A program made the translations under genes and the position numbers. From an uncultured Oscillibacter sp. (GTDB lineage Bacteria; Bacillota; Clostridia; Oscillospirales; Oscillospiraceae), in assembly GCA_910576865.1 (NCBI GenBank), contig CAJTKE010000007.1, positions 73,306-97,305 of the forward strand: a DNA stretch of 24,000 bases, read 5' to 3'. Below the pieces are notes generated by a model. That model had not been told where the DNA came from. It did no database searches and saw nothing but the letters and a program-made list of their open reading frames with translations. Shown piece by piece: positions 22,897 to 24,000 of the stretch. Positions within the stretch are counted from its first letter, which is position 1. Each line of letters begins with the position of its first letter.

Positions 22897-24000
22897 TCAG
22901 TACCAGCTGGAGACCCGGACGGTGCAGGCGGCCACCGCGCCGGCGGGGGAGGTGGCGGAGACGATGACGGTGCCGGGCCGGTAGGCGGTCACGGTGCCGT
23001 AGGCGTCCACGGAGGCCACGGTGTAGTCCGAGGAGGTCCAGCGGACGCTCTGGCTGGCGACGCCCACGGGATAGACGTAGGCGGCCAGGGTCCGGCTCTC
23101 ACCGGGGTACAGGGCCAGAGAGGCCTGACTCAGGGAGACGCCGGCGGGCTGCGCCGCCACGAGGCTGACGCTGTTCTTCCGCTGGGCCGGGTCCACCAGA
23201 CGGGCGGCGATGACGGCGGCGGAGTCCCGGGTGATGCGCTGGTTGGGGGCGAAGTTGCCCCAGGCGTTGTTGCCGGACAGGACGCCCGCCCGGTACAGGG
23301 TGTAGATGCCCCACGCGCCGGGGTCGCTCATGGGCACGTCGGGGATGGCCCCGTCCATGACGGAGTTGATGCCCCGCATGGCGGAGGCGGGCACCGCCTT
23401 GGACAGTATGGCGGCGAAGCTCCGCCGGGTGGCCGGGTCGTCGTAGTTGTCATACTGGTCGGCGGTGACGATGCCCACGTTCAGGGCGTATTGGATCTCG
23501 CTCATTCCGGCGGGGATGCTCCAGTTGTTGTAGACGCTGTGGATGCGCACCGCCAGGGAGACCGCCTCCCGGAGGGTCAGATTGCTCCGGGGACGGAAGT
23601 TCACGGTGTCGGGCAGCAGGCCCATCTCGTAGAGGGTCCGGACCCCGTTCTCGTACCAGGACCCGGAGGGCACGTCCTTGTAGGTGCTGGAGGTGTAGGT
23701 CCGCACCCGCTGGAAGTTGCCCATGCCCTGAGCGCCGCCGGCCCACACGGGCTGATAGACGAAGCCGGAGTTGTTGGGCGTGGCCACGTAGGTGTAGTTC
23801 CCCTCCCAGGGGCGCACGATATAGGACGCGTTGGACACCCAGGGACCCACGGAGTAGACATAGCCGTTGTTCCAAGGGCTCATGGCGTAGCCGGCGCCGG
23901 CTTCCGCCGTGGTCCCGGCCACCTCGGCGGCGAAGACAGGGACGGTCAGCATCAGGCAGGTGACCAGAGCCAGCAGCATCGAACATAATTTTTTCATCAT
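22897..24000 (-). CDS. secreted protein with aromatic N-terminal repeats, SLH-like segments and a C-terminal Big_2 (Ig-like) domain
   Basis: Signal peptide MMKKLCSMLLALVTCLMLTVPVFA/AE. SLH-like YKDVPSGSWYENGVRTLYEMGLL and IPDVP..AWGIYTLYRAGVLSG..FAPNQRITRDSAAVIAARL. Big_2-like LSQASLALYPGESRTLAAYVYP...VRWTSSDYTVASVDAYGTVTAYRPGTVIVSA. The start codon is at the window edge. Confidence 0.7.
   Translation of the reverse strand: MMKKLCSMLLALVTCLMLTVPVFAAEVAGTTAEAGAGYAMSPWNNGYVYSVGPWVSNASYIVRPWEGNYTYVATPNNSGFVYQPVWAGGAQGMGNFQRVRTYTSSTYKDVPSGSWYENGVRTLYEMGLLPDTVNFRPRSNLTLREAVSLAVRIHSVYNNWSIPAGMSEIQYALNVGIVTADQYDNYDDPATRRSFAAILSKAVPASAMRGINSVMDGAIPDVPMSDPGAWGIYTLYRAGVLSGNNAWGNFAPNQRITRDSAAVIAARLVDPAQRKNSVSLVAAQPAGVSLSQASLALYPGESRTLAAYVYPVGVASQSVRWTSSDYTVASVDAYGTVTAYRPGTVIVSATSPAGAVAACTVRVSSWY

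Noticed and set aside
1-24000. A whole-window scan for transposases, integrases, reverse transcriptases, Cas genes, restriction or defence ATPases and nucleases, and tandem arrays.
   Set aside because: No ORF has such signatures. The only accessory-type content is hicAB, two XRE pairs, the two repeat families and the truncated hydrolase.

Overview
The window is a GC-rich chromosomal segment with strong GC3 bias, which produces many long antisense shadow ORFs. It looks like a Clostridia-type Firmicute: L27 carries a Prp-cleaved N-terminal extension, and TepA, YerC and an SLH-like wall protein are present. An Oscillospiraceae-like origin is my inference only.

Most of the window is housekeeping. 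In order:
- rpe (partial)
- a TrxR-like flavoprotein plus trxA
- a hicAB toxin-antitoxin pair and a shortened alpha/beta hydrolase
- birA followed by a split chromate-transporter pair
- obg
- the rplU-prp-rpmA ribosomal operon
- yerC, a SAM methyltransferase and hslO
- a DUF3298-like gene
- proB, maa, proA and proC
- a small membrane protein and tepA
- a membrane protein plus XRE pair
- pyk and greA
- the selenium-cofactor trait cluster yqeC-yqeB-selD
- a secreted SLH-like/Big_2 protein

I found no rRNA, tRNA, CRISPR array, transposase, integrase or recognisable defence enzyme.

The most unusual structure is a ~1.2 kb insertion between rpmA and obg. These two genes are normally contiguous in Firmicutes. 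The insertion carries a divergent XRE regulator and a small helical protein, and it is bounded by inverted copies of a ~95 nt multi-hairpin element. One copy forms the obg 5' leader.

A second repeat family, REP-like GTAGGGG hairpin elements, occurs at about 16.9 kb and 20.2 kb with a degenerate trace near 0.45 kb.

Other points worth a look are a TrxR homologue without NADPH-binding motifs, a sugar O-acetyltransferase translationally coupled inside the proline operon, and a long structured untranslated region upstream of rpe.

I do not see a clear-cut new multi-gene system. The repeat-bounded cassette is the best candidate.
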